A stretch of DNA of 64,000 nt from an uncultured bacterium (GCA_905233945.1 CAJOFY010000020.1:11320-75319); one strand, 5' to 3'. Shown: positions 11,896 to 22,985, counted from the stretch's first letter. The notes: generated from the letters alone by a model not told the origin. Numbers and translations are program-made.

Positions 11896-14433
11896 ATGGA
11901 CGAATTGATACACGGCAAAATTAAAGATATCGCGATTGAACACTCCATGAAAACGGCGTTCATCGACTATGCGATGAGCGTCATCACCGACCGTTCTCTC
12001 CCGGATGTCAGAGACGGTCTGAAACCTGTTCACCGCAGGGTCCTCTTCGCGATGAAAGAACTCGGAAACACCTACAACGCGGCTTACAAAAAGTCTGCGA
12101 GAATCGTCGGCGACGTCATCGGTAAATACCATCCGCACGGCGACCAGGCTGTTTACCAGACACTTGTCAGAATGGCGCAGGATTTCTCGATGCGCTACAC
12201 TCTCGTTGACGGACAGGGCAACTTCGGCTCGGTCGACGGCGACGGCGCGGCTGCAATGAGGTACACCGAGGCGAGAATGGCCAAAATCGCAGGTGAGATC
12301 ATGGCCGATCTCGACAAGGACACCGTCAATATGCGCGACAACTACGACGGCAGCTTGCAGGAACCCGAAGTCATGCCGACAAAAATTCCGGAACTTCTTG
12401 TCAACGGAACAAGCGGTATCGCAGTCGGTATGGCGAGCAACATCCCGCCGCACAATATCACCGAAGCGGTAAACGCGACGATACACCTTATTGACAATCC
12501 CGATGCCGACATTCCGGAACTTATGGAATTCATTACCGGCCCCGACTTCCCGACAGGCGGCTCGATCCTCGGCAAAGCAGGCATCAGAGCGGCTTACGAA
12601 ACAGGTAAAGGCATCATCAAAATCCGCTCGAAAGTGACGATCGAACTCGGTCAGAACGGCGCACGTGACCGCATAATCATCCACGAAATTCCTTATCAGG
12701 TAAACAAGGCGAACATGATCATTCAGATCGCCGAGCTCGTTAAGGAAAAGAAACTCGAGGGTATCCACGACATCCGCGACGAGTCCGGAAGACGCGAAAA
12801 GATCAGAGTCGTCATCGAGCTCAAAAAGGACGCAGACCCGAACATTCTTCTCAACCAGCTTTTCAAAATGACACAGCTTCAGGTCTCCTTCGGCATCAAC
12901 ATGCTCGCTATCTGCAACGGAATCCCGAAGACGATAAACCTCAAAGACGCGCTCCACTACTTCATTCTCCACAGAAAGGATGTCGTAACGAGAAGGACAC
13001 GTTTCGAACTTGCAGAAGCAGAAAAACGCGCTCACATTTTGGAAGGCCTCAAAATCGCGATCGACAACATCGACGAAGTCGTCCACATCATCAGATCGTC
13101 TGCTTCGACAGATGACGCGAGAGCAAGACTTATGGAGAGATTCGAGCTTTCGAAGCTTCAGGCGAACGCCATCTTAGACATGAAACTGAGCAGACTTACA
13201 GGACTTGAAAGAGACAAGATCATCGCCGAACTCGAAGAACTCTACAAAAAGATCGAATGGTACAAAGAGATCCTTGCGAACGAAAGCGTTCTTTTCAGCG
13301 TAATCAAGGACGAGCTCAAGGAAATCAAGGAAAAATACGGCGACGAGAGAAAAACCGACATCGTCAACTACGACGGAGACATCGACATCGAAGACCTTAT
13401 CGCGGACGACGACATGGTCGTAACTCTCACGACCGAAAACTACATCAAACGCACTCCGCTTGACCTCTACCGCAAGCAGAAACGCGGCGGCAAAGGTATC
13501 AACGCGATAAATCCTAAGGAAAACGACTACGTCAAGAACATTTTCGTAGCAAGCAGTCACACGCTTCTCCTTCTCTTCACTTCCTACGGCAAAGTTTACT
13601 GGATCAAAGTCCACCAGCTTCCGGAAGCGGCGAGAAACAGCAGAGGCAAACCGATCATCAACCTCGTCAACATCGAAAAGGACGAAAAGATCGCTGCCGT
13701 TCTTCCTATCAAAGAGTTCGTTGACGGCGAATTCATAATGATGGGAACGAAGAACGGAACCGTCAAGAAGACCGACATCATGGAATACAAGACTCAGCGC
13801 ACGAACGGCAAGAAGGCGATCAAACTCAACGAAGGCGACGAGCTTATCGAAGTCAAGATCACGAAAGGAAACGACGATGTCGTTCTCGCAACGAAGAAAG
13901 GCTTAAGCATCCGCTTCAACGAAAACGATGTCAGGGCGATGGGCCGTGTTGCTGCAGGTGTCCGCGGTATCAGGATCAACAGCGACGATGAAGTCGTCAC
14001 GATGGATGTCATCGAAGAAGGAACTACGCTTCTTTCGATCACCGACAAAGGTATCGGAAAACGCACTCCGGTCGAAGATTACAGGCTTCAGTCGAGAGGC
14101 GGCAAAGGTATCATCACCATCAAGACTTCCGAAGAAAACGGATACGTCGTCGGCGTTCTCAAAGTCAACCAGAACGATGAGGCAATGCTCATCACATCGA
14201 ACGGTCAGGCGATCAGGATCCCGGTCAGCGGAATCAGTGTAATTGGCAGAAACACGAAAGGTGTCAGACTTTTCAAAGTCGAAAACGGCGAACTTGTAGT
14301 TTCAGTCACCAAAATCATCGATCCCGAAGACCTTCAGGCTGAATCAGGCGACATAAACGAACTTATTGAAAACCCTGAAAATCAGGTCGAATTCCCTGAA
14401 GAACCGGAAGATTCCGACAATTCTGAAGAATAA
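11896..14433 (+). CDS. gyrA: DNA gyrase subunit A
   Basis: Catalytic region [10 protein letters not shown], quinolone resistance-determining region (QRDR) [10 protein letters not shown]-terminal beta-pinwheel repeats, acidic tail; immediately downstream of gyrB. Confidence 0.92.
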   Translation: MDELIHGKIKDIAIEHSMKTAFIDYAMSVITDRSLPDVRDGLKPVHRRVLFAMKELGNTYNAAYKKSARIVGDVIGKYHPHGDQAVYQTLVRMAQDFSMRYTLVDGQGNFGSVDGDGAAAMRYTEARMAKIAGEIMADLDKDTVNMRDNYDGSLQEPEVMPTKIPELLVNGTSGIAVGMASNIPPHNITEAVNATIHLIDNPDADIPELMEFITGPDFPTGGSILGKAGIRAAYETGKGIIKIRSKVTIELGQNGARDRIIIHEIPYQVNKANMIIQIAELVKEKKLEGIHDIRDESGRREKIRVVIELKKDADPNILLNQLFKMTQLQVSFGINMLAICNGIPKTINLKDALHYFILHRKDVVTRRTRFELAEAEKRAHILEGLKIAIDNIDEVVHIIRSSASTDDARARLMERFELSKLQANAILDMKLSRLTGLERDKIIAELEELYKKIEWYKEILANESVLFSVIKDELKEIKEKYGDERKTDIVNYDGDIDIEDLIADDDMVVTLTTENYIKRTPLDLYRKQKRGGKGINAINPKENDYVKNIFVASSHTLLLLFTSYGKVYWIKVHQLPEAARNSRGKPIINLVNIEKDEKIAAVLPIKEFVDGEFIMMGTKNGTVKKTDIMEYKTQRTNGKKAIKLNEGDELIEVKITKGNDDVVLATKKGLSIRFNENDVRAMGRVAAGVRGIRINSDDEVVTMDVIEEGTTLLSITDKGIGKRTPVEDYRLQSRGGKGIITIKTSEENGYVVGVLKVNQNDEAMLITSNGQAIRIPVSGISVIGRNTKGVRLFKVENGELVVSVTKIIDPEDLQAESGDINELIENPENQVEFPEEPEDSDNSEE

Positions 14434-14460
14434 ATAACCTCTCATTTATCCGTTTATCGT

Positions 14461-14484
14461 AGAGACGTTTCATGAAACGTCTCT
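14461..14484. terminator. Perfect 24-nt palindrome AGAGACGTTTCA|TGAAACGTCTCT between convergent gyrA and helicase genes (bidirectional terminator candidate)
   Basis: Perfect hairpin then T-run (acatttttcat) 3' of gyrA; near-identical element at window positions 3-24. Confidence 0.5.
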
Positions 14485-14491
14485 ACATTTT

Positions 14492-16519
14492 TCATTTTTC
14501 GTTTCTCAGTTTCGCGAGCATTTCTTCGATCATTTTTGCCTGGTCAAGCGGCGGTCCGCCGTATTTTTCACCGTCGAGCCCTGATTCCTTGATAAAAACG
14601 GAAGGTTTTGTTTCCTTTGTGCTGCCTCGGAATGAGACTGTTTCTGGAATTGTTATGACGAGCAGTTTTTTAGCCCGTGTGAAGGCGACATAGGCGAGTC
14701 TGCGTTCTTCATCGACGTTAAATTCCTCGATTGCGAGATGGTTGGGAAAGCCGCCCTGATAGAAACCCGGTATGAAAACGCGGTCAAATTCGAGCCCTTT
14801 TGCGCTGTGGGCCGTGATTATCGTTACTTTTCCGGCACGGCTCTCTTCTTCCCCGCTGCCCAGAAGCGAAACATTGTTCACGAAACGGGCGAAAAACGAA
14901 CGGGCCGTCTTGTGCTCGGGAAGAGACTGATCGCTTGAAACGGCATCGAAAAAAGCGGAGATGTTGTCGAGTTTTATCCTTGCAACTTCCTCGTTTTCGG
15001 CACTTTTTCTTATCTCGTTCTCGATTCCGGTCTGCTGGATGAGAAAGGCTGTGAACTGCATCGGATCGGTGGAAGTAAATTTCTCTTCAAGTTCATGAAG
15101 CAGAACCGAAAAACCGTTGAGAGCAGCCGCTTGTTCAGTGCTGAAAAGCGTTCTGTAAATTGAAAAATCGTCAAGCAGCTGTCTCGGTTCCATTTTCATT
15201 GAAGCGGCGGTCGAAAAGAGCTTTTCCATCGTGCCGCTGCCGATTCCGCGCGCCGGATAGTTGATTATTCTCCGCAGATTTATTTCATCGTGCGGATTGA
15301 GAAGGATCCTGATGTAGGCAAGAATATCCTTGATTTCCTTGTTTTCAAAAAAGCGGCTGCCGCCGACGACGACAAACGGGATGCCGAACTGCGAAAAAGC
15401 GACTTCAAAAAGGCGGGTCTGGAAATTCGCCCTCACGATAACTGCGACATCGTTGTAGTTGACTCCTTCCGAAGACTTCCATTTCATGATTTCCTGCGCC
15501 GTGAAGTCGGCTTCCTCTTTTTCATTCGTTTTTTTGACGACTTTTATTCCTTCCCCGGCTTCGCCTTTCCTTGATGCGAAGCACTTTTTCGGGCTGCGCT
15601 TTGTGTTGTGGGCGATGAGTGTTCCGGCCGTATCGACGATTTCAGATATCGAACGGTAGTTTTCCTCGAGTTTGACAATCGTGACATTGCCGAAATCACG
15701 CTCGAAATTGAGAATGTTTTCGACATTCGCTCCGCGCCAGCTGTAGATGCTCTGGTCGTCGTCGCCGACAACGCATATATTTTTGTGGACGGATGAGAGA
15801 AGTTTTACAAACTCGAACTGGGCGGAGTTTGTGTCCTGATACTCGTCGACCATTATGTATTTGTATTTTGTCGCATACTTTTTGCGGAGAGAGTCGTCAT
15901 TTTTCAGAAGTCCGACCGACAGTGCTATCAGATCGTCGAAATCGAGCGCAGCACGCACCTTCATTGCCTGGCAGTAGGGTTCAAAAAGCCTGTTGGCAAG
16001 TGCGTTTGTGGGGTTTGAGACAAGAAAAGCGGTTTTTTCCCTGAGAGCAGGGTCGTTTTTCATTTTTGAAATTGCAGAAACTATCACAGGAGCCGAAAAA
16101 CGCTCTGTCGAAATCTTCCCGTCGGTCATAACGCACTTCATCAGTTCGATCTGCTCGTAAGGAGAATAAATAGTGAAATCGGCCGGATAGCCTATTTTGT
16201 CATGCTCGGCTCGGAGAATCGAGAGGCCGAGCGCGTGGAAAGTGCAGATTGTGAGGCGGTTTGACTTGTCTTCGGAATCGAGAAGCGAATGAAGCCGCTC
16301 CCGCATCTCCTTGGCCGCCTTGTTCGTGAAAGTGACGGCAAGAATATTCTCCGGCGCGATATTTTTTCCTTCGATAAGCCACGCGATTCTGTGGGTTATG
16401 ACACGCGTTTTTCCGGAACCGGCTCCGGCAAAAACAAGGACGGCTCCTTCGGTCGTTTTTACCGCTTTTTCCTGCGGTGCACTAAGATTTTTATTTACTG
16501 TATTCAAACTTAGCTCCAA
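14492..16519 (-). CDS. pcrA: UvrD/PcrA-family ATP-dependent DNA helicase
   Basis: Walker A AGAGSGKTRV, motifs II-VI of SF1A helicases; TTG start implied by ORF track. Confidence 0.85.
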   Translation of the reverse strand: MELSLNTVNKNLSAPQEKAVKTTEGAVLVFAGAGSGKTRVITHRIAWLIEGKNIAPENILAVTFTNKAAKEMRERLHSLLDSEDKSNRLTICTFHALGLSILRAEHDKIGYPADFTIYSPYEQIELMKCVMTDGKISTERFSAPVIVSAISKMKNDPALREKTAFLVSNPTNALANRLFEPYCQAMKVRAALDFDDLIALSVGLLKNDDSLRKKYATKYKYIMVDEYQDTNSAQFEFVKLLSSVHKNICVVGDDDQSIYSWRGANVENILNFERDFGNVTIVKLEENYRSISEIVDTAGTLIAHNTKRSPKKCFASRKGEAGEGIKVVKKTNEKEEADFTAQEIMKWKSSEGVNYNDVAVIVRANFQTRLFEVAFSQFGIPFVVVGGSRFFENKEIKDILAYIRILLNPHDEINLRRIINYPARGIGSGTMEKLFSTAASMKMEPRQLLDDFSIYRTLFSTEQAAALNGFSVLLHELEEKFTSTDPMQFTAFLIQQTGIENEIRKSAENEEVARIKLDNISAFFDAVSSDQSLPEHKTARSFFARFVNNVSLLGSGEEESRAGKVTIITAHSAKGLEFDRVFIPGFYQGGFPNHLAIEEFNVDEERRLAYVAFTRAKKLLVITIPETVSFRGSTKETKPSVFIKESGLDGEKYGGPPLDQAKMIEEMLAKLRNEK

Positions 16520-16810
16520 TTAACAATAATTAGTGCCTAATCAAGCAAAATATGATGGTTTTTCCACATTTTTTCAACATTATTGAGATTTATGTCCAAT
16601 TATATGAGTTTTCAACAAAAATTCTTTAGTGAGAGTATCTAACTCATGTATTTTATTGGGCGAAACATTTGCACACTTTTTTGTGCAATATGCAGAAACT
16701 ATTGATTTCTTAGCATATTTTTGGCAAAAAACAGCGGGTTGACAACAAGAATGTGGAAAACTTTCCGGCATGTGGAAAAAGTGAGTTTCAAACTGTAATT
16801 TTATCATGTT

Positions 16811-17488
16811 TTACAAGGTTCTTCTGTTAAAGGAACGGACGATTACTTTTTTTTCTCCGTCTTCTAGTTTTACCACAGAAAAAACAAGGACTGCCGCCTC
16901 AGGTTTATTCGATGAACTGAAAATTGTGAGCTGGGGACGGATGATGGTTTTCTGCGGAGCGTCGAAATTCCCTGTAAGGATCAGATTTACACGGCTTTCC
17001 TGAATGCCTGTGAAGGCGTCTTCGAGATCCTCTGCGGCAGATTCGGGATCGTTGTAGAGATAGTAGATTACAAAATCGCTCTTGGGATCGGGCAGGGAAG
17101 TGCGGAGGCTGGTTTTCTGCTCGTTTTTTTGAGAGTCTTTCTTCTCTTCGCGCTGTTCGCCGTGGGAGAGCGGAAGGTCGTCGGCCCGTTTTTCAGGGAT
17201 TATTGCGGATACAAAAAAGGAGATGTTTCCCATCCTTCTTTTAAGCGGTTCGGCAAATTTCAGAACATCGCCGCCTTTTAAGGTATTTAGAATTAATGTG
17301 TTGTTTTTATTGCATTTTTCTGCATTGTCGGCTTGGAGGAAAACAATGTCGTCGAAAGTTATTCCCTCTTTGAAGGAGTTCAGCAGAACAACACATCCGT
17401 CATCTTCCGAATATGTCGAAAAAGACAGAAAGAATAACGCTAAAACGATAAAAGGAATTAAAAGAAGTAAAATTATTAGTTTCTTCAC
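16811..17488 (-). CDS. Hypothetical signal-anchored/secreted protein
   Basis: 225-aa ORF with N-terminal hydrophobic segment MKKLIILLLLIPFIVLALFFLSF; no recognisable domain. Confidence 0.35.
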   Translation of the reverse strand: MKKLIILLLLIPFIVLALFFLSFSTYSEDDGCVVLLNSFKEGITFDDIVFLQADNAEKCNKNNTLILNTLKGGDVLKFAEPLKRRMGNISFFVSAIIPEKRADDLPLSHGEQREEKKDSQKNEQKTSLRTSLPDPKSDFVIYYLYNDPESAAEDLEDAFTGIQESRVNLILTGNFDAPQKTIIRPQLTIFSSSNKPEAAVLVFSVVKLEDGEKKVIVRSFNRRTL

Positions 17489-17505
17489 GGGCTTCAGAAA
17501 AAAAG

Positions 17506-17582
17506 TGGTCGGGATGACTGGGTTCGAACCAGCGACTTCTGCGTCCCGAACGCAGCACTCTACCAGGCTGAGCTACATCCCG
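17506..17582 (-). tRNA. tRNA-Pro (anticodon CGG)
   Basis: Minus-strand cloverleaf: acceptor CGGGATG/CATCCCG, D-arm GCTCAGCCTGGTAGAGT, anticodon stem CTGCG/CGCAG with loop TTCGGGA, T-arm GCTGGTTCGAACCCAGT, encoded CCA. Confidence 0.8.
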
Positions 17583-17659
17583 ACCCAAAAAACGTCCGCT
17601 TTATAGCAACTTATTTTCAAATAGCAAATTTTTTCTTGGCAAAAAATATAAAAGCCTTT

Positions 17660-18138
17660 TCAGCAGGCATTATCCGCCCATTCGGCAAGAGCCTCTTTCG
17701 TCCATTCTCCGTTGAGAACTTTGCCTTCCTTCAAAACAGCCGTTTCAGAAACTGACGGTTTCAGCGATTTCACGCTGCCGTCAAGCTTCATAGTGCCGCC
17801 GCTTGTCGCGAAAACGACGATTGTTTTGCCGGAAAAATCGTGTTTTTCTAAAAAAGCGTTGACTATCGACGGTGCGGCCCAGCCCCAGATCGGGAAACCG
17901 AGAAAAATCTTGTCGTAGCCCGTCAGATCCAGCTCTTTATCGACTATTTCGGGGCGTTTGCTTTTGCGCGTCGCCACTTCGCGGAAACTCCTTGAAAGCG
18001 GATTCATCCAGAGAAGATCGGCTTTCGTGTATTTTTTAACAGGCTCGATCTCTCCGCTTCGATCGCCTCTGCAAGCTGCAGCGCTCTCAGCTTCGTGTGA
18101 CCAGCAGCCGAAAAGTAAATAACTAAATTTTTGCTCAT
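17660..18138 (-). pseudogene. Flavodoxin (PF12682-like) with apparent 1-nt frameshift near 18070-18085
   Basis: GGAGG RBS + MSKNLVIYFSAAGHTKLRALQLAEAIEAE in one frame terminates after about 45 codons; the rest of the flavodoxin (IEPVKKYTKADLLWMNPLSRS...FLGFPIWGWAAPS...VVFATSGG) continues in the -1 frame. Confidence 0.5.
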
Positions 18139-18286
18139 TTTGTGCCTCCATTATTCACTACTTCCTCTCAAACCCCAGTAGAATAGCCGATTTGCCGAAA
18201 TATATCAAAATTTAATAGTGTAAACATTTGCCCTTTTGATGTTTATTTCTTAAAATCATCCGTTTTTTGAGTAGTTGGAGCAAAAA

Positions 18287-19921
18287 ATGAAGAATTTTTT
18301 TATTTCTTTTGCACTTTTTGCCGCTTTGATTTTTGTCCTCAGCTGCGGAAACAGTTCAAAAACCGAGGAGAAAACTGACGACAAAACCGATACAGGCGAA
18401 ACTTCAGCCGATGAAGATGCGTATACAGAACCTGAAGATTCTGACAGTGACGCTGACACAGGCGAGACCGAATCTGCGGAAGCCGTAGAGTGCAATGATG
18501 CCGGCGGAACCTGGAACTATGAGACCGAGACGTGCACAAGAAAAACAAAATGCGAACCTCTTTCAGACAAACATGCCGAATGGAACGGCGAATCCTCCTA
18601 CACACAGACTTATATCGATGGAAAATGGAGCGCTGAAAATACTACGAAATACAGCGCCAACGAAGGAATCTGCCACTTCAAATGTGCATCAGGCTACGAA
18701 TGGAACGGCTCTGCCTGCATATACGACGGTTCATCGCAGATTCAGCTTCCCGAATGCGGATCAAGAAGTGTCTTTCCCTGCTACGATTCCTCGACAGGCT
18801 ATATCTGGTCTGCAAGACAAACTCTCAACTGGAACCAGGCTGTTTCATACTGCGACAACCTTACAGAAGACGGCATAGAAGGCTGGCATCTGCCGAATAT
18901 AAACGAATTGAGGACTCTTGTACGGAACTGTTCTGACATTATGCCTGGCGGTATATGCCTTCTTCATGATCCGGATTGTCTTGAACGCAGCTGCTGGAGC
19001 GAAAGTACCTGTGAGGCATGTTCATATGACGAGTCTACAGGATATCATACAGGTGATCCTTCAGGCGGTTACAGCAAATTACAGCAAACCGGCAGCTTAT
19101 GGTCTTCATCTATAGAAACCAAATATGATGGCGCCTGGGTCGTGAGTTTCAGTATAGCTACCATTTCACCTTACGGTAAGGAAAACTACCTTGATCTCCG
19201 TTGTGTGAAACACACTATCCCCGTCGGAAAAACAAGGAAAAAAAGCTGCCAGAACAAACCTGCGAACACAGTCTGGAACATAGTCGATACGATCACTCAG
19301 ACATACAATGGCGAAGGCTGGGAACCAACAACTGAAGCGAGCTACAACCCTGAAGCAAGCGAAACCAAGTGCCGCTACAAATGCGCCGAGGGTTATGAAT
19401 GGAACGGCAACAGCTGCACAACCAAAGGCTCGTCTGCGCTTCCAGAATGCAGCGCCTCAAGCGGCACGCCCTGCATTGATACAAGTACTGGCTATGTCTG
19501 GTCGGAGAGATCATCAGAATCAATGAATTGGGAAGATGCAAAATCTTATTGCGGAAGCTATTCTGAAAAGTGGATCGACGGCTGGAAACTGCCGAATATA
19601 GATGAACTCAAGACTCTTTTGATAGCGGACAGAGTCCAGGCCGAATGTCTTGTTAGCGAAGTAAACCACTGTCTTTCCAACAGTTGCTGGAGTTGCTCGA
19701 CCTGTACTCAGACAGCGACTCTGACAAGCGACAATGTCTGCATGGGATCTCCTTCCGATGACGGCAGATACAGCAAATTCGGTGAAACCGGCGATTTTTG
19801 GTCATCCTCTGCCAATTCTCAAACCAATAGTGCCTGGGGCATAACTTTTGACTATGGAGATGTGATCGGTTGGGTCAGAACAGGCACAAGCGATGTTCGT
19901 TGCATGAAGGAAGCCTGGTAA
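18287..19921 (+). CDS. Lipoprotein with two tandem Fibrobacter succinogenes major paralogous (FISUMP)-like Cys-rich modules
   Basis: Lipobox LSCGNSS, acidic Thr/Asp/Glu linker, duplicated modules (C.FKCA.GYEWNG..C ... DGW.LPNI.EL.TL); start set to ATG after GGAG since the track start is TTG. Confidence 0.55.
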   Translation: MKNFFISFALFAALIFVLSCGNSSKTEEKTDDKTDTGETSADEDAYTEPEDSDSDADTGETESAEAVECNDAGGTWNYETETCTRKTKCEPLSDKHAEWNGESSYTQTYIDGKWSAENTTKYSANEGICHFKCASGYEWNGSACIYDGSSQIQLPECGSRSVFPCYDSSTGYIWSARQTLNWNQAVSYCDNLTEDGIEGWHLPNINELRTLVRNCSDIMPGGICLLHDPDCLERSCWSESTCEACSYDESTGYHTGDPSGGYSKLQQTGSLWSSSIETKYDGAWVVSFSIATISPYGKENYLDLRCVKHTIPVGKTRKKSCQNKPANTVWNIVDTITQTYNGEGWEPTTEASYNPEASETKCRYKCAEGYEWNGNSCTTKGSSALPECSASSGTPCIDTSTGYVWSERSSESMNWEDAKSYCGSYSEKWIDGWKLPNIDELKTLLIADRVQAECLVSEVNHCLSNSCWSCSTCTQTATLTSDNVCMGSPSDDGRYSKFGETGDFWSSSANSQTNSAWGITFDYGDVIGWVRTGTSDVRCMKEAW

Positions 19922-19943
19922 GCAAACCAACAAGATCTATATA

Positions 19944-21518
19944 TTACCCGAAAATCTCAGTTGTCTTCAGCCACTCGGCGACTGCTTCGGCTTCTTTGTC
20001 GAGGGCTCGGTCGTCTTCTACGAATGCGCTGATTTTACGGATTTCAGCATGGATCTTCTGCGTGAATGAGGAAAATTCGTCTTTTCCAGCGAGGTCAACG
20101 GCCTGCATTGCCGCAAGGAAATGGGCTGCGAACTGCAAAAATACGAGGTCAGTCTGCTCGGCAAGTTTGCGTGCCGAGATCGTTCCCATCGAGACTTTGT
20201 CCTGATTCAAAGCCTCTGTCGGCGCACTTGTGATGCTGACGGGGAAGGAATATGTCATGACTTCGCCGCGTATCGCGCTTATCGTTATCTGGACTGCCTT
20301 GAAACCTAGTCTGAGCCCCGCTCTCGGGTGATTTTCCGGGGTGAAAGGAATAAGGTTTTCGGTGAGTCCGTTGAATTTGCCGTCGATTATGACTTCAGCC
20401 TGTTTGTCGGAAAGATCTGCTATATTGGCAAGTGCTGTCCGCAGGTAGTCGCATGCTGCGCAGATGTGGCCGCCGTAGAAGTTTCCGGTGTTGAAAAGTC
20501 TGCCGCTTTCAATATCGACAAGCGGATTGTCGTTGGCTGAATTGAGTTCTTCCGTTATGAGGTCTCTCGCAAAGCGCAGAGTGTCGCGGTAAACGCCTGA
20601 AATCTGCGGTGCGCAGCGAATGGAGTATCTGTCCTGGATCTTGTTCTGCTGCTTGATGAAACCTTTGTTTTCGATCGAATCTATCTTGTTTTTAAGGAAA
20701 TCCTCATATCTGAAAACTCGTTTGGAATCTTTAATGATTTCCCTGATATACGCTGCGGAATCGCACTGCCCGCGGTGGTTTTTGATTTCGCTCACTTTTT
20801 CTGCGAAAGGAGTGTCCTTTCCCTGCGTGATCTCAGAGGTCACAGCGGTGAGAAAGTCTGAGATTTTGGCTAATCTTTCCGCTTTTTTCCATGCCAAAGC
20901 GGCGACCGCGCTCATCACGCTCGTTCCGTTCATAAGAGCTAAACCTTCTTTCGCTTCGATGGGAAGCGGTTTTATCCCTTCCGCCTTGAAAGCCTCCGCC
21001 GCGGGAACGATTTTTCCTTTGTAGTAAACGTCTCTTTCGCCCATGATGACAGCCGCGAGGTAGCTGAGCGGTGTCAAGTCTCCCGAAGCGCCGACCGAAC
21101 CGAGCTGCGGGATCACCGGGATTATGTCCTTGTTGAGAAGCGTGAGCATCATTTTCGCAAGTTCAGGCCTTATCGCGGAATGACCGCCTTTCACGTTGCT
21201 GTTGAGGCGCGCAAGCACTACCGCTCTACCGGTAACGCGGCTGAATTTAGGTCCCAAGCCGATGCCGTGGTAAGTGCAGATCGTCCGCTGGAGTTCTCCC
21301 GCCTTGTCAACGCTTATCTGGTTGTCGCAGCTGTCGCCGAAATCGGTCGTTACGCCATATACCGGAACTCCGGTTTTCACGTAATCTTCCAGGAATTTCC
21401 GCGATTTTTCGAGAGTTTCCCAGAATTTTTGATCTTCGGGAAGGGCAACTTCCTCGTTTTTATACGCGACATCGCATACATCTTCGATCGTTAAATCATT
21501 TCCGTTTACAACTTTCAT
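19944..21518 (-). CDS. hutH: Histidine ammonia-lyase (aromatic amino acid ammonia-lyase with the MIO prosthetic group, 4-methylidene-imidazol-5-one)
   Basis: MIO-forming ASG triad in GSVGASGDLTPLSYLA; overall HAL/PAL family length and motifs. Confidence 0.8.
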   Translation of the reverse strand: MKVVNGNDLTIEDVCDVAYKNEEVALPEDQKFWETLEKSRKFLEDYVKTGVPVYGVTTDFGDSCDNQISVDKAGELQRTICTYHGIGLGPKFSRVTGRAVVLARLNSNVKGGHSAIRPELAKMMLTLLNKDIIPVIPQLGSVGASGDLTPLSYLAAVIMGERDVYYKGKIVPAAEAFKAEGIKPLPIEAKEGLALMNGTSVMSAVAALAWKKAERLAKISDFLTAVTSEITQGKDTPFAEKVSEIKNHRGQCDSAAYIREIIKDSKRVFRYEDFLKNKIDSIENKGFIKQQNKIQDRYSIRCAPQISGVYRDTLRFARDLITEELNSANDNPLVDIESGRLFNTGNFYGGHICAACDYLRTALANIADLSDKQAEVIIDGKFNGLTENLIPFTPENHPRAGLRLGFKAVQITISAIRGEVMTYSFPVSITSAPTEALNQDKVSMGTISARKLAEQTDLVFLQFAAHFLAAMQAVDLAGKDEFSSFTQKIHAEIRKISAFVEDDRALDKEAEAVAEWLKTTEIFG

Positions 21519-21525
21519 TTATCCC

Positions 21526-22869
21526 TCACTTGTAGTCGTATTTCACTCTCAAAGCGGCAGGGCCGTATTGGAGCAGAATTTTTTCCTCAGTTTTGGTTTT
21601 TGTGTCGAAAGATTTCAGGTAAGTATCCGATTTTTCATCTACAAAATAATAAATTTTGCCGGTAACCGAGCTGAAATCGATCGGATTCGCCGCAAAAGCG
21701 TTGATGTTCGAGTCTATTTTCGAAATTTTTCCTTCTTTCGGCTTGTAAAGCAGAAGAGTGTTTTCGTTTTTCAGGATGTTGTTTGAAAAAATAATGTAGA
21801 AATCACCGCTGTCGGCAATCGAAAGGTCAACGAAATCACCGTCAAGGATGTTGTTTTCCTCCTCCGATTCACTGAGAACTTTTTTTACCTCGTAAGTATC
21901 CGTATTTACTTGCAGAAGCGCGCCGTCACCCTGTTTCCAGTTGCCGGTCGTCGTTAAATAGATGTGGTTTTTATCGACATTTGCGTTGTATTCGATTTTT
22001 CCGTTCGGGTTCGTTGCCGGAAGTTCAATTCTTTCGACCGAATAATTTTCAAGATTTACAACAGCGATTTCCCCTTTTTCCGAAGTATTGTATTCATTCA
22101 GATTCTGCAGCGCAATAAACAGTTTTTTACCTGCAACCTTCATTTTTGCAGGTGTCGCCGATTTGCTTTCACTTATTTCAAGTTCCGAAATCTGAAGGTT
22201 TTCCATATCGTTTTTTATAATCTGAAGTTTGTTCAGACTCCATGCCGAAACGATAAACTCGTCCTTGAACGGATTGTAAATCGCGTCCTGCATGTTTATG
22301 TAAGTGTCCGCTTTTATTTTGATTTCCTGCTCAAACTCGAAATCATCGCCGAAGAAGTAAAGCGATGAAGAATCGTGCCTTCCGACAACTGCAAAACCTT
22401 CTGGAAAAGCCGCGACGTTGAGATCCGCGCCGTCTGAACTTCCCATTCCGCCGTCGACCGGAATTTCCTTGAAAGTGTCGAGTTTTTCATCTTTTGCATA
22501 GTAAACGTGTCCGCTCATCGGAACGTCGTATCCGCCGACTGTAGCCACAATGAGGTGTGAAGCCGTTATCTCAGGTTCTGGAACTTCTTCGTCGGGCGTT
22601 TCAGGTGTTTCATCTGGAGTTTCATTATCCGGTTTTTCGGAATCTGGAATCTCAGAATCATGGGTTTCTTGGTTGTCCGCATCATTTACGCCGTTTTCCT
22701 CGTCAGGTTCTGACTCGGAATCTGAAGTTTCGTCTTCGTCGCCGATTTCAAAGCTGTCAACATCCATCGACTCGTCCATTTCGGGCAGATCAGGAAGCGT
22801 AGAATCTTCACAACTGACTAAAAAGATCAATGAAATCAATATCAAAACCGGAAAAACAATCTTTTTCAT
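21526..22869 (-). CDS. Hypothetical lipoprotein with acidic Asp/Glu/Pro/Thr-rich N-terminal linker
   Basis: Lipobox LVSCEDS; low-complexity acidic region then beta-rich domain; no recognisable catalytic motif. Confidence 0.35.
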   Translation of the reverse strand: MKKIVFPVLILISLIFLVSCEDSTLPDLPEMDESMDVDSFEIGDEDETSDSESEPDEENGVNDADNQETHDSEIPDSEKPDNETPDETPETPDEEVPEPEITASHLIVATVGGYDVPMSGHVYYAKDEKLDTFKEIPVDGGMGSSDGADLNVAAFPEGFAVVGRHDSSSLYFFGDDFEFEQEIKIKADTYINMQDAIYNPFKDEFIVSAWSLNKLQIIKNDMENLQISELEISESKSATPAKMKVAGKKLFIALQNLNEYNTSEKGEIAVVNLENYSVERIELPATNPNGKIEYNANVDKNHIYLTTTGNWKQGDGALLQVNTDTYEVKKVLSESEEENNILDGDFVDLSIADSGDFYIIFSNNILKNENTLLLYKPKEGKISKIDSNINAFAANPIDFSSVTGKIYYFVDEKSDTYLKSFDTKTKTEEKILLQYGPAALRVKYDYK

Positions 22870-22985
22870 ATCTTTTGACCAAAAAACTTAATAAAACCGC
22901 GCGATAATACAAAAAGAGGCTGTTTTGTCCAGTTTAAAAGCGATATGAATTTTGTAATTGTACGGGAATTTTGAATAAATGAGAA

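Noticed and set aside
17506-18151. tRNA-Pro plus adjacent pseudogene as a possible integrative element insertion site
   Set aside because: No integrase, recombinase, direct repeats of the tRNA 3' end, or phage-like genes appear in the flanking 5 kb.
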